Positions 54,869 through 64,000 of a stretch of DNA of 64,000 bases are shown here, one piece after another. The first letter of the stretch is position 1, and every line of letters starts with the position of its first letter. The notes beneath the pieces are model-generated. The model saw only the letters and a program-made list of their open reading frames with translations, was not told where the DNA came from and ran no database searches. The DNA is taken from assembly GCA_036390825.1 (NCBI GenBank), contig DASWBA010000186.1, forward strand, positions 5,597 through 69,596, written 5' to 3'. The DNA comes from Candidatus Dormiibacterota bacterium (GTDB lineage Bacteria; Chloroflexota; Dormibacteria; CF-121). The position numbers and the translations under genes are program-made.

Positions 54869-56566
54869 TTGCTTGGCGGCTGCAGCTCGCTGCCCTCGGT
54901 CCCTGGGATCTCCCTGGGCAGCGCCAGCCCTGCCGGGTCTCAGTACCAACCGGAGTCCGCTCGCCACGAGGGCGGCACGCTGGTGGTGGGGGACTGGGAG
55001 AGCCCCACGAATTTTTCCCCGCTCTTCAACGAAGAGGTGCCGGCTGCGCAGGTCGACGCACTGCTGTACGCCGGCCTGGTGAAGCTCGACAACAACCTGC
55101 AGCCAATCGCCGATCTCGTCGAGCGCGTCCCCACGATGCAAAACGGGGATGTGACCTGGAATCGCGCTGCCGGCACCATGGACGTGTCCTACCGGCTGCG
55201 GTCAGGATTGCGCTGGTCCGACGGACAGCCGATCACCGCGGACGACGTCGCGTACACCTGGGGGCTGATCGTCAACCCACAGGTTCAGGGCGTTCTGTCA
55301 CCGGACGGCTACCGGTCGATCTCGCGAGTCGACATCCACGACGCGCAGCGCTTCACCCTGCACTTCGACCGGGTCTATCCGAAGTACCTCAACCTCTTCC
55401 CGGCCATCCTGCCAAAGCATCGATTGGGTGGGATCGCCCCCGAGAAGCTGGGCGGCGATCCCTTCTGGGCCCGACCGGATGTCGTGAGCGGTCCTTTCAA
55501 GATCTCCGCGATGGTTCCGGACGACCACATCACGCTAATTCGCAACGAGGCCTGGTCGCAGGGTCGGTCGGGACGGCGCCCCCACCTCGACAGCATCGTG
55601 TACAAGCTCTACCCCGAGTCGGGTCAGCTGGCCGACGCCGCGCGTGCGGGCCAGGTGTCGGTCGCTCTCGAAATCCCCGATGACCAGTTGGCGACGCTGG
55701 CCAACACGGGGTCGGCGACGAGGCAGTATCGATCCCAGTTGGCCTACGAGCAGGTCACCTTCAACCAGGCCGATCCGAACCCGGTGACCGGCCAGCCGCC
55801 GCCGTGGAAGGACGATCCCGTGCTCCTCCAGGCCCTCCGCATGGCGATCGACCGGCCCGCGATGGTGAAGAAATTTTTCAAAGGCCAGGCGCGGCTCGCC
55901 GAGTCACCGATCCCCAGTGCGCTGACGTCATTTCACGATCCCAACGTCTCGCTGAGCTACGACCTGGCCGGCGCCAGCCGACTGCTCGACGGCGATGGGT
56001 GGGTGGTCGGTCCGGATGGCATTCGGAGCAAGAAGGGACAGCGCCTGAGTTTTCACCTGGTGACCGCCCTGGGCAGTCCCCTGCGCAACGCCATCCGCGA
56101 TCAGATGATCGCCGACTGGCACAAACTGGGCGCCGCGGTGATGCCAACCGACGCTCACCCCAGCGAGTTGTTCAGTGGCTATGCCGAGGGTGGGCTGCTG
56201 GAGCGAGGCCAATTCGAGGCCGGGCTGTGGACCTGGAGCATCGGCCCCGACCCCGACGGTGTTTATCCACTCGAGCACTCATCCCAGATCCCCACCGATC
56301 AGAATCAGGGGCTGGGCTCGAACTTCGGCCGCTTCAGTAGTCCCGATCTCGATCGCTACCTCGATCGCGGCCGGAGCACGCTGGTCCTGGTCGAGCGCGC
56401 CAAAGCCTATGCCGCTTTCGAACGTTCTTATGCGCAGCTTGGCTTTGAGTTGCCGCTCTTCGAACGGGTGCTCGTCGTGCTGGCGAGCCCTCATCTGCAC
56501 AATCTATTGCCCAACCCCGCGCCGGATACGACCCTCTGGAATGCGGCGGACTGGTGGATCGACTGA
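54869..56566 (+). CDS. ABC transporter substrate-binding protein, family 5 (peptide/nickel type), lipoprotein
   Basis: LLGGCSS lipobox, GGTLVVG, RWSDGQPITADDV, FNQADPN pattern. Exact start uncertain (TTG at 54869 or further upstream). Confidence 0.85.
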   Translation: MLGGCSSLPSVPGISLGSASPAGSQYQPESARHEGGTLVVGDWESPTNFSPLFNEEVPAAQVDALLYAGLVKLDNNLQPIADLVERVPTMQNGDVTWNRAAGTMDVSYRLRSGLRWSDGQPITADDVAYTWGLIVNPQVQGVLSPDGYRSISRVDIHDAQRFTLHFDRVYPKYLNLFPAILPKHRLGGIAPEKLGGDPFWARPDVVSGPFKISAMVPDDHITLIRNEAWSQGRSGRRPHLDSIVYKLYPESGQLADAARAGQVSVALEIPDDQLATLANTGSATRQYRSQLAYEQVTFNQADPNPVTGQPPPWKDDPVLLQALRMAIDRPAMVKKFFKGQARLAESPIPSALTSFHDPNVSLSYDLAGASRLLDGDGWVVGPDGIRSKKGQRLSFHLVTALGSPLRNAIRDQMIADWHKLGAAVMPTDAHPSELFSGYAEGGLLERGQFEAGLWTWSIGPDPDGVYPLEHSSQIPTDQNQGLGSNFGRFSSPDLDRYLDRGRSTLVLVERAKAYAAFERSYAQLGFELPLFERVLVVLASPHLHNLLPNPAPDTTLWNAADWWID

Positions 56567-56654
56567 TTTGCTCTTGTTAGCGAACCTTAGAAAAGCGGGA
56601 CTTTCGTTGACCCTTTCGGGAAGGCGCCCGTACAATGCGCCCAATATCGGATCT

Positions 56655-58463
56655 ATGACAGGAACCTGCCCGCGCTGGTTGCGCCTGCTTGTGGTCGCAG
56701 CCGCGGGCACGGTGGTCCTGGGTGCGTGTGCGCCGACGGCCACCACGACGACCCCTTCGCCCAAAGCGGGTGGGAAGCTCACCGTCGCCTCGTGGCAGGA
56801 GCAGGACAGCTTGTTAGCCTGCAACATCACGGCCGCGTCGTCGCACGCATGCGCTTACATCAACCCGGCAATGGAAGGACTGCTGACCGTCAAGGCCAAC
56901 CAGGACCCGCTGCCGGCCAATCCCAAGCTGTCCGATTACTGGGTTCCGGAGCTCGCCACCGAAGTCCCGACCCTCGAAAACGGGGACGTGAAAGTCAGCG
57001 GGAACAAAATGGATGTCACCTGGAAGCTGCGGCACGGCGTCAAGTGGCACGACGGCGTGGCCTTCACCTCCAAGGACGTCAAGTCGACCTTCGACTTCTG
57101 GTGGCTCAAATACCGCGATAAGAATCCGACGCCGCTGATATCGACCAGTGGATGGGACCAGGTCGACAGCGTCGATACGCCGGACGACTTCACGGCCATC
57201 ATTCACTTCAACAGTGTCTACGCTGCCTACCTGACGCTGGGAACCGGCCCGTACGGTGTCCTACCCGACCATCTGCTGCAGCAGGTCTGGGCCCAGACCG
57301 GCGACATCACGCATGACAAAGTGACCGTCAGCATTCCAGGCGGGTATAGCGGCTCCGACACTCTCGACAAGGTCATGGTCGGCACTGGGCCCTTCATGTT
57401 CAAGGAGTGGGTGACGGGAGACCACCTCACGCTGGCGCGAAATCCTCACTGGTGGGGTGGAGGTGGCCGTCCCTACCTCAACGAGATCAGGGTGAAATTC
57501 GATGCTGACGCCAACACGGAGCTCAACGATCTGCGCAGCAACGCCGTGGATATGGCGCTGGACCTGCGGCCGTCGTTGCTGCCATCGCTCTCCAGGCAGA
57601 GCGATGTCACAACGGTGACGATCCTGGACAGTGCCGCTGAGCACATCGACATCAACCTGCACAACACCTTCCTCAAGGACGTCGCCCTGCGAAAGGCGAT
57701 TCTAATGGCGATCGACCGGCAGCGGATCGTGGACACCTTGCTGCTCGGCCGGACGGTGGTGCCTCCTGACGCCTGGATGTGCATCCAGACCGGCGCTTGG
57801 TGCCTGGATCCGAACGCCAAACACACGCCGGTCGATCAGAAGGCTGCCAACGAGCTGTTGAACAACGCCGGATACACGCTTCAGACCTCCGGGCCCTGCA
57901 AGGGATTTCGCACCGACCCGCAGGGACGCTGCGTCCAACTGCACCTGATCACGACCACCCTGCCACTCCGCGAGGAGCAAGAGGTCGTCATCGCCTCCGA
58001 CCTGGCCGGGATCGGGATTCAGATCATCAAGCCGTTCGCCAACGTCCCGGCGAGCCGGATGTTCGGCTCCTGCGGTAGCGGCGGGATCATCTACAGCCAC
58101 AACTTCGATCTTGCGATGTACACCAATAACTACAGCTACCCCGCGGAGCCCGATTCACTGGCGTACACCGCTTATCACAGCTCCCAGATCCCGACCGACG
58201 CCAATGGGTGCGCCGGACAGAACACGACCTTTATCAGCGACCCGCAACTCGACCAGGCGCTCGACCAGGCCCGGCTGTCGGTCAAGCTGTCGGACCGGAA
58301 GGACAAGTACATCGTGGCGCAGAAGCGGCTGGCCGACATCATCCCCGAGATTCCGCTCTACCAGGCGGTCGACGTCGAGGCCTACACCAAGAAGCTGGGC
58401 GGCTACAAGGGCAACGAATTCTGGTGGATGAACCAATCCGCCGATTGGTACATCACCCAGTAA
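56655..58463 (+). CDS. ABC transporter substrate-binding protein, family 5 (second paralogue), lipoprotein
   Basis: VVLGAC lipobox, GGKLTV, KWHDGVAFTSKDV, GTGPFMFKEW. ATG at 56655. The listed 56175 start overlaps the preceding gene. Confidence 0.85.
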   Translation: MTGTCPRWLRLLVVAAAGTVVLGACAPTATTTTPSPKAGGKLTVASWQEQDSLLACNITAASSHACAYINPAMEGLLTVKANQDPLPANPKLSDYWVPELATEVPTLENGDVKVSGNKMDVTWKLRHGVKWHDGVAFTSKDVKSTFDFWWLKYRDKNPTPLISTSGWDQVDSVDTPDDFTAIIHFNSVYAAYLTLGTGPYGVLPDHLLQQVWAQTGDITHDKVTVSIPGGYSGSDTLDKVMVGTGPFMFKEWVTGDHLTLARNPHWWGGGGRPYLNEIRVKFDADANTELNDLRSNAVDMALDLRPSLLPSLSRQSDVTTVTILDSAAEHIDINLHNTFLKDVALRKAILMAIDRQRIVDTLLLGRTVVPPDAWMCIQTGAWCLDPNAKHTPVDQKAANELLNNAGYTLQTSGPCKGFRTDPQGRCVQLHLITTTLPLREEQEVVIASDLAGIGIQIIKPFANVPASRMFGSCGSGGIIYSHNFDLAMYTNNYSYPAEPDSLAYTAYHSSQIPTDANGCAGQNTTFISDPQLDQALDQARLSVKLSDRKDKYIVAQKRLADIIPEIPLYQAVDVEAYTKKLGGYKGNEFWWMNQSADWYITQ

Positions 58464-58479
58464 CGCGTCCAGGGCGCAA

Positions 58480-58506
58480 CCGGCGCGCTCAAGTCACCGT
58501 GTAACC
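58480..58506. repeat. 27-nt motif, copy 2 (ccggcgcgctcaagtcaccgtgtaacc)
   Basis: 25 of 27 nt identical to 49117-49143. Begins 17 nt after the stop codon of the second substrate-binding-protein gene. Confidence 0.6.
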
Positions 58507-58529
58507 ATGCCAATCGCTAGTCTTGTCCA

Positions 58530-59972
58530 ATGAAAGATCTGGCCGAGGCCGCACTCAACGCGGCGCAGGTGAAGGGCGCCGGCTATGCCGACGTCCGCCT
58601 CGACGAACACGTACAGCAGGACATCATCGTCAAGAACGGGCAACTAGCCGCGGTGTCCGACGACGCCAGCGAGGGCTTTGGCGTTCGCGTCCTGGTGGAC
58701 GGCGCCTGGGGATTCGCCGGCAGCGCCCGGCTGGACAAACACGAAGTCGAAGAAGTCGTGGACCGGGCCATTCGGATCGCCCGGGCGAGTGCCCGCGTCC
58801 GGTCGGCGCCGGTCGACCTTGGGCCGCCGGTCACCTCCCGCGGTCGCTACCGGACGCCGCTGGAACGCGACCCGTTCAGCGTACCGCTTGCCGAGAAAGT
58901 TGATCTCTTGTTGCGCGCCGACGCGGCGATGGGCGCGGTCAAGGGCGTCAGCATTCGCGAGGGTTCGATGGAATTCCTCCGGCAGCGGAAAGTGTTCGCC
59001 TCGACCGAGGGGGCGTTCATCGAACAGGAGCTGTACGAAGCGGGTGCCGGCATCGAGGCGACGGCCACCTCGCCAGACGAAGTTCAGAACCGGTCTTATC
59101 CGAATTCTTTTGGTCGGCACCAGGGCTCCGGTGGCTACGAGTACGTGACCGCGATGCAGCTCGATCGACACGGCCAGCGCATCGGTGAGGAGGCGGTCGC
59201 CCTGCTGACGGCGCCGCAATGCCCGAGCGGCGTCAAGACCTTGATCCTCGATGCCAGCCAGACGGCGCTGCAGATCCACGAATCGTGCGGCCATCCGACG
59301 GAACTGGACCGAGTGTTTGGCATGGAGGCGGCCTACGCGGGGACCAGTTTTATGACGCCTGAAAAACTCAATCACCTCCAGTACGGCTCGCCGCAGGTCA
59401 CGATCACCGCCGACGCGCTGACCCCGACTGGACTCGGGACGTTTGGCTGGGACGACGAGGGCGTGCCCGCCCAGCAATCGTTCCTGATCAAGGAAGGTCT
59501 CTTCGTCGGCTATCTCACCTCGCGCGAAACTGCCAGCGTGCTGGGGCAGCAGAGCAACGGCACCATGCGGGCCGATGGCTGGAACCGCATTCCGTTGATC
59601 CGCATGACGAATGTCAATCTGCAGCCCGGCGACTCGTCGCTCGAACAGATGATTGCCGAAACCAAAGATGGCGTCTATATGGAGACAAACAGGAGTTGGA
59701 GCATCGATGACAAGCGGCTCAACTTCCAGTTCGGCACCCAGCTGGCCTACGAGATCGTCGACGGCAAGCGCGGCCGGTTGCTCAGGAACGCGACCTACGC
59801 CGGCATCACGCCCGAGTTCTGGAACTCGTGCGACGCGGTCGCCGGCCGCAGCGAATGGAAAGTCTGGGGGCTGGCCAACTGCGGCAAAGGCCAACCGCCG
59901 CAGACGGCCCACGTTGCGCACGGCGCGGCGCCGGCGCGCTTTCAGCACGTGAAGGTGGGCATCCTCAAATGA
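58530..59972 (+). CDS. tldD: TldD-family metalloprotease
   Basis: GFGVRVLVDGAWGFA, HESCGHPTELDRV (HExxxH), C-terminal GxC...G pattern NCGKGQP. Confidence 0.9.
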   Translation: MKDLAEAALNAAQVKGAGYADVRLDEHVQQDIIVKNGQLAAVSDDASEGFGVRVLVDGAWGFAGSARLDKHEVEEVVDRAIRIARASARVRSAPVDLGPPVTSRGRYRTPLERDPFSVPLAEKVDLLLRADAAMGAVKGVSIREGSMEFLRQRKVFASTEGAFIEQELYEAGAGIEATATSPDEVQNRSYPNSFGRHQGSGGYEYVTAMQLDRHGQRIGEEAVALLTAPQCPSGVKTLILDASQTALQIHESCGHPTELDRVFGMEAAYAGTSFMTPEKLNHLQYGSPQVTITADALTPTGLGTFGWDDEGVPAQQSFLIKEGLFVGYLTSRETASVLGQQSNGTMRADGWNRIPLIRMTNVNLQPGDSSLEQMIAETKDGVYMETNRSWSIDDKRLNFQFGTQLAYEIVDGKRGRLLRNATYAGITPEFWNSCDAVAGRSEWKVWGLANCGKGQPPQTAHVAHGAAPARFQHVKVGILK

Positions 59973-61312
59973 AAAGCATGGAAGCATCCCGGCTGACCGA
60001 GGAGGGCGAGGTCAAGCGCTTTGTCGACAAGCTGCTGCAGGCCTCGCCGGCGGCGCAAACCGAGGTCATGGTCACCGAATGGGACAGCGCGCTGACCCGC
60101 TTCGCCAACAATGGCATCCACCAGAACGTCGCCGAGCGAGACGTCAGCGTGCGGGTCCGAGTGGTGAAGGACGGCAAGACCGGGGTAGCCTCGATCAACC
60201 AGATGAACGAGTCGGCCGCCGCCGACGTCCTCAAGCGAGCCATCGCCATCGCCGACCTGCAATCAAAGGGCGAGGTGGTACCGATGCCGGGGCCGGCGAA
60301 GAGCCGGCCGGTCGAAGCCTGGTCGGACACGACCGCGGCAGCGACGCCAGAAGAGCGGGCGGACTTCGTCGAGGCGATCTGCGCCAAGGCGAAGCGGGCC
60401 GGGCTCAAGGCCTTCGGTGCTTTCAGCACCGGAGCCGAGCAGTTTGCCATCGCCAATTCCCTCGGTGTGTATCACCACCACCGCTCGACCGAGGCAACGA
60501 TCAATTCCGTTGTCATGGGGGAGGCAGGCTCGGGCTATGCCGACCGCGGCGCGATCAACGTGCAGGATCTCGACAAAGACGAGATCGCGGACGAGGTCAT
60601 CGATAAGGCACAGCGCAACCAGAATGCCCAGCCGATCGACCCGGGCGTCTACGAGGTGGTGCTCGAAGAGTATGCGGTGGCCGAGATGCTCGAGTTCATG
60701 AGCTTCACGGGGTTCAGCGCGCTGGCGGTAGAGGAAGATCGCAGCTTCATGCGGTTGGGCGAGCGGATCACCGGGGAGGGGGTGACCATCTGGGACGATG
60801 GGCTCGACGCCTCAGGCCTTCCCGCGCCCTTCGATTTCGAGGGCGTCCCTAAGCAGCGTGTCGACCTGATCAAGAAAGGCGTTGCCACCGGTGTCGTCTA
60901 CGACATGATGACCGCGAGCCAGGAAGGCCGCCATTCCACGGGGCACGGCCTGCCGGCGCCCAACACGGAAGGGCCGTTCGCCGTGAATCTGTTTATGCAG
61001 CCGGGCTCGGTCGCCAAGCCGGATCTTGTATCCGGCATTAAGCGCGGCATCTGGGTCACCCGTTTCTGGTACGTGCGCATCGTGCATCCGAAACTTTCCA
61101 TCATTACCGGCATGACGCGCGACGGGACGTTCTTGATTGAAAATGGCCGGGTCACCCGCCCGGTCAAGGATCTTCGCTTCACCCAGAGCATGCTGGAAGC
61201 GCTCGGCGGCACGCTCGCCGCCGGCAAGACGACCAAGCTACAGATTGGAGAGTTCATCGGCGCCTCTCGCGTGCCAGCCCTTCACCTGAAGGCGTTTACG
61301 TTCACCAGTTGA
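59969..61312 (+). CDS. pmbA: PmbA/TldE-family protein (TldD partner)
   Basis: VRVVKDGKTGVAS, FDFEGVPK, RDGTFLIENG. ATGA overlap with tldD. Confidence 0.85.
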   Translation: MKSMEASRLTEEGEVKRFVDKLLQASPAAQTEVMVTEWDSALTRFANNGIHQNVAERDVSVRVRVVKDGKTGVASINQMNESAAADVLKRAIAIADLQSKGEVVPMPGPAKSRPVEAWSDTTAAATPEERADFVEAICAKAKRAGLKAFGAFSTGAEQFAIANSLGVYHHHRSTEATINSVVMGEAGSGYADRGAINVQDLDKDEIADEVIDKAQRNQNAQPIDPGVYEVVLEEYAVAEMLEFMSFTGFSALAVEEDRSFMRLGERITGEGVTIWDDGLDASGLPAPFDFEGVPKQRVDLIKKGVATGVVYDMMTASQEGRHSTGHGLPAPNTEGPFAVNLFMQPGSVAKPDLVSGIKRGIWVTRFWYVRIVHPKLSIITGMTRDGTFLIENGRVTRPVKDLRFTQSMLEALGGTLAAGKTTKLQIGEFIGASRVPALHLKAFTFTS

Positions 61313-62037
61313 GCCGCTTCCCGCTGGTTGGCTTACCCACGCTGGCTATACCGGGAGAGCGGAAGCCGCCCCCGCGCTTCGGGATAAATCAGAGCTACGT
61401 AAGAGCACTTAGTGCCGCCGGATGCGCGCCCGTATTGATTCCTCTTCTCGAAGACGAGGATCGTTTGAGATCGATCTACGAGCGTTTGGATGGGATTGTC
61501 TTTCCTGGTGGAGCCGATGTCGCACCCAGGGAATTTGGCGAGGAGTTAATCGACGGCGCGAATGTAGTCGTGCAGGCAGATCGCGACCGGATGGAGATAC
61601 GGCTTGCCCGCTGGGCATTTGACGATGATCTGGCCGTGCTCGGCATCTGTCGCGGTCAGCAAGTGCTCAACGTGGCGTTAGGAGGCAGCCTCTATCAGGA
61701 TCTTCGATATCAGGGAGTCACAACCGTCGAGCATTCGGATGTGGACGGTCGGGCGCGGAACGCCCTGCTTCATCGGGTGCGCCTGGACCCTGGCTCTCGC
61801 CTGGCACAGCTGATCGACGAGACTGACATCGAGGTCAACAGCCTGCACCACCAGGCGGTCAAAGCGATCGCCCCGCCGTTGCGGGTCACGGGCAAATCCG
61901 AAGACGGCGTCATCGAATCAATGGAGTCTGACGAACGTCGCTTCTTGATCGCGGTGCAGTGGCATCCCGAGGAGATCGATGACCTGCCGTGGGTCCAACG
62001 ACTCTTTGCTGGCTTCGCGCACGCCGCTGCTCGGTAA
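61309..62037 (+). CDS. gamma-glutamyl-gamma-aminobutyrate hydrolase-like class I glutamine amidotransferase (peptidase C26)
   Basis: GICRGQQVLNVALGGSLYQDL (nucleophile Cys), NSLHHQAV, VQWHPE. Confidence 0.85.
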   Translation: MSRFPLVGLPTLAIPGERKPPPRFGINQSYVRALSAAGCAPVLIPLLEDEDRLRSIYERLDGIVFPGGADVAPREFGEELIDGANVVVQADRDRMEIRLARWAFDDDLAVLGICRGQQVLNVALGGSLYQDLRYQGVTTVEHSDVDGRARNALLHRVRLDPGSRLAQLIDETDIEVNSLHHQAVKAIAPPLRVTGKSEDGVIESMESDERRFLIAVQWHPEEIDDLPWVQRLFAGFAHAAAR

Positions 62038-62047
62038 TCATCGGCTC

Positions 62048-62575
62048 ATGCAGCAGGAGCCCAATTGGCAGCGATTGAGCGCCCTGAACGACGGAGATCT
62101 CCAGATGAGCCTCCTCAACTGGATCGACGAACTAATGGATGGACACTACGGCGAGGAGGAGGACACCATTCTCGGCGGCCTACGCCCTCCCCTCAACGTC
62201 ATGTTCTTGCTCAACTGGCTCGACTTTGAACTCACGCAGGGTTCCTTTCTCGCATACTTCCTCAATTCGCACGGACGTCATGCCAGGCTGGCTGCGCAGG
62301 CTCTCAAGACGATTGGAGCGGCCAAAACGGCCTCGGTACTGGAGCGCGCCGTCGGCGTCTTTGAGGCCAACTCTGCCGCGTGGAACGCCCGCAACGAGGA
62401 AATGGATCAGCTCGAAGAGTTTGCTGTCGTAAGGCCCTACGTCGGCCTGCCCGGAGCCGACGAGCTATCCGATTTGACCGAGAAGTATTGGGACGCCCAA
62501 CGAAGCGATCGCTACACCGATCTCCTCAACGACTACTTTCGCCGATCAGTTGTAGAGCGGGCGGGTGGCAACTAG
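62048..62575 (+). CDS. DUF4375 (DMP19-like) domain protein
   Basis: FLLNWLDFELTQGSFLAYFLNSHGRHARLAAQALKTIGAAKTASVLERAV resembles the DUF4375 core (xxEVxNGGFxQYFxNSxG...AL..IGA). Confidence 0.55.
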   Translation: MQQEPNWQRLSALNDGDLQMSLLNWIDELMDGHYGEEEDTILGGLRPPLNVMFLLNWLDFELTQGSFLAYFLNSHGRHARLAAQALKTIGAAKTASVLERAVGVFEANSAAWNARNEEMDQLEEFAVVRPYVGLPGADELSDLTEKYWDAQRSDRYTDLLNDYFRRSVVERAGGN

Positions 62576-62597
62576 GCTCTCGCCGCACACCTACCAG

Positions 62598-62987
62598 TTA
62601 GGACTGGCTGGCCGCGTCCTTCAACCAGGGGAGGGCGACTCCTAGGGGTCCAACCAGTAGCGCAAACTGCTCCGCGTCCAGGCGACGGCGGGCGGCCAGA
62701 GCGGTTGCCGCATCGCCGACAGCCCACCAGGCCGGACTCTGTGGCGGATCCCCGGCGCGCTCCACGGCGGCATCGAAGATCTCGCGATAGGAATCGGTCC
62801 CCAGCGCCGCGAGGGCTCCGGCGCGGGCCGCCTCGATCTGTGGCTGCGATGTGAGCCAGGCCTGCTGCTGCCGCTTGCCGACCAGGGCTCTGGCAGGATC
62901 GCTGAGATCGAGTAATCCCTGGTAGAAGCGATCTACCAGGGATCCGCTCGTCGTCGAATCGCCTTCTTTGACAAAGGCCCGGCTCAT
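62598..62987 (-). CDS. hypothetical protein
   Basis: 129-aa Ala-rich ORF directly downstream of lon on the same strand. No family recognised. Confidence 0.4.
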   Translation of the reverse strand: MSRAFVKEGDSTTSGSLVDRFYQGLLDLSDPARALVGKRQQQAWLTSQPQIEAARAGALAALGTDSYREIFDAAVERAGDPPQSPAWWAVGDAATALAARRRLDAEQFALLVGPLGVALPWLKDAASQS

Positions 62988-62997
62988 GCGAGCGCCG

Positions 62998-64000
62998 TTA
63001 CGCGGCCTGTGTCAGCGTCTCGCTCTTCGGTTCCAGGGCCCAGTCGAGCACCTGGCGAACATCCTTGGCGAGGTGGATCGTCATGGCGTCCCGCACACTC
63101 TGCGGCAGATCGTCAAGGTCGGCCTCGTTGCGATACGGGAGGATCACCTCGGTCAGCCCGGCGCGGTGCGCGGCCAGCAGCTTCTGCTTGACGCCGCCAA
63201 TCGGCAGGACTTTCCCTTGAAGCGTTACCTCGCCCGTCATGCCCACCGTCGGTCGCACCGGTCGGCCACTGAACAGGCTGACCAGCGCCGTCACCATCGT
63301 GACGCCCGCGGACGGCCCGTCCTTCGGCACGGCGCCGGCCGGCACGTGGACGTGGATCGCCTTCTCTTCGAAGCCAGCGGCGATGCCCAGTTCCGTCGCG
63401 TGCGAGCGAACGTAGGACAGCCCGATCTGCGCCGACTCCTTCATCACGTCGCCCAGCTGGCCGGTGAGCGTGAGCCCCTTTTGGCCATCCATGGCGGCGG
63501 CCTCGATGAACAACACCTCTCCGCCGATGCCGGTTACGGCCAGGCCGGTTGCCACTCCGGGAACGGAGGTCCGCTCCGCGACTTCCTCGTGGAACTTCGC
63601 CCGACCAAGGTAGGTCTTGACGTCATCGCCGGTCACCTGGATGGGTGCGGTCGCCTTGCCGGCCTCGATCTGGGTCGCGACTTTGCGGAGTAACCGTCCA
63701 AGCTCGCGCTCCAGGTTGCGGACGCCCGCCTCGCGCGTGTGGTCGACGATGATCCGCCGGATGGCGTCGTCATTCACCGTCACCTCTTCGGCAGTGAGCC
63801 CATTGCGGTCTAGCTGGCGCTTGAGTAGGTGGTCGCGCCCGATCGCTAGCTTCTCCTCTTCCGTGTAGCCGTCGAGCCGGATGATTTCCATCCGGTCGAG
63901 CAGCGGCCCGGGGATGGTGTCGGCGACGTTGGCCGTCGGGATAAACAACACTTCAGAAAGATCGAGGTCGACCTCGAGGTAATGGTCGCGGAACGAATGG
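62998..64000 (-). CDS. lon: Lon protease, C-terminal part (N-terminus lies beyond the window)
   Basis: LFIPTANV, GPLLDRMEII, GYTEEEK, PKDGPSAGVTMVTAL (catalytic Ser), GGVKQKLLAAHRAG (catalytic Lys). The frame stays open to nt 64000. Confidence 0.9.
   Translation of the reverse strand, partial: HSFRDHYLEVDLDLSEVLFIPTANVADTIPGPLLDRMEIIRLDGYTEEEKLAIGRDHLLKRQLDRNGLTAEEVTVNDDAIRRIIVDHTREAGVRNLERELGRLLRKVATQIEAGKATAPIQVTGDDVKTYLGRAKFHEEVAERTSVPGVATGLAVTGIGGEVLFIEAAAMDGQKGLTLTGQLGDVMKESAQIGLSYVRSHATELGIAAGFEEKAIHVHVPAGAVPKDGPSAGVTMVTALVSLFSGRPVRPTVGMTGEVTLQGKVLPIGGVKQKLLAAHRAGLTEVILPYRNEADLDDLPQSVRDAMTIHLAKDVRQVLDWALEPKSETLTQAA

Noticed and set aside
56175-56654. 160-codon N-terminal extension of the second substrate-binding-protein ORF
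   Set aside because: It overlaps the 3' end of the first binding-protein gene out of frame. A proper signal peptide and lipobox start at ATG 56655.
58644-59987. 447-aa minus-strand ORF
   Set aside because: Antisense shadow of tldD.

Overview
This is a gene-dense window of about 65 CDS, roughly 63-68% GC by eye. It comes from a high-GC bacterium. The LprG-MFS pair, bactofilin, ROK kinase and GC-rich palindromic repeats suggest Chloroflexota or Actinomycetota, but phylum cannot be proven from here. All family calls rest on motifs read by eye in the supplied translations; no searches were run.

Most content is housekeeping:
- Molybdenum cofactor: mogA, moaC.
- DNA repair and replication: dinB, nfo, ssb, dnaB, lon.
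- Translation: rplI, selA, selB, cca, ychF.
- Metabolism: purA, ilvE, glycerate kinase, GH31, an M20 peptidase, thymidine kinase.
- Transport and signalling: ABC and MFS transporters, one two-component pair, one ECF sigma factor.

Adjacent genes are very often translationally coupled through ATGA, GTGA or TGATG overlaps. I found no rRNA, tRNA, CRISPR array, transposase or integrase.

The observations most worth a second look:
1. A promoter-led six-gene block at 20938-23633. It encodes a membrane protein, a small 2-TM VirB2-like protein, a VirB6/TrbL-like polytopic protein, an M23 peptidase, an SSB lacking the acidic tail, and a 44-aa acidic mini-ORF. No secretion ATPase or relaxase is present.
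2. A fused tandem thymidine kinase whose N-terminal half is degenerate.
3. A LAGLIDADG intein in the DnaB Walker A loop. It sits in a low-GC tract that extends beyond the intein into the exteins.
4. A dispersed GC-rich palindromic repeat family, one copy of which is inserted in frame in the GH31 gene.
5. An ECF sigma factor fused to a complete zinc-binding anti-sigma (ZAS) ligand set, convergent with a gene for a protein that is 18% histidine.
6. A 27-nt motif present at two distant gene 3' ends.

Several very long ORFs in the track are antisense shadows typical of high-GC DNA and were rejected.
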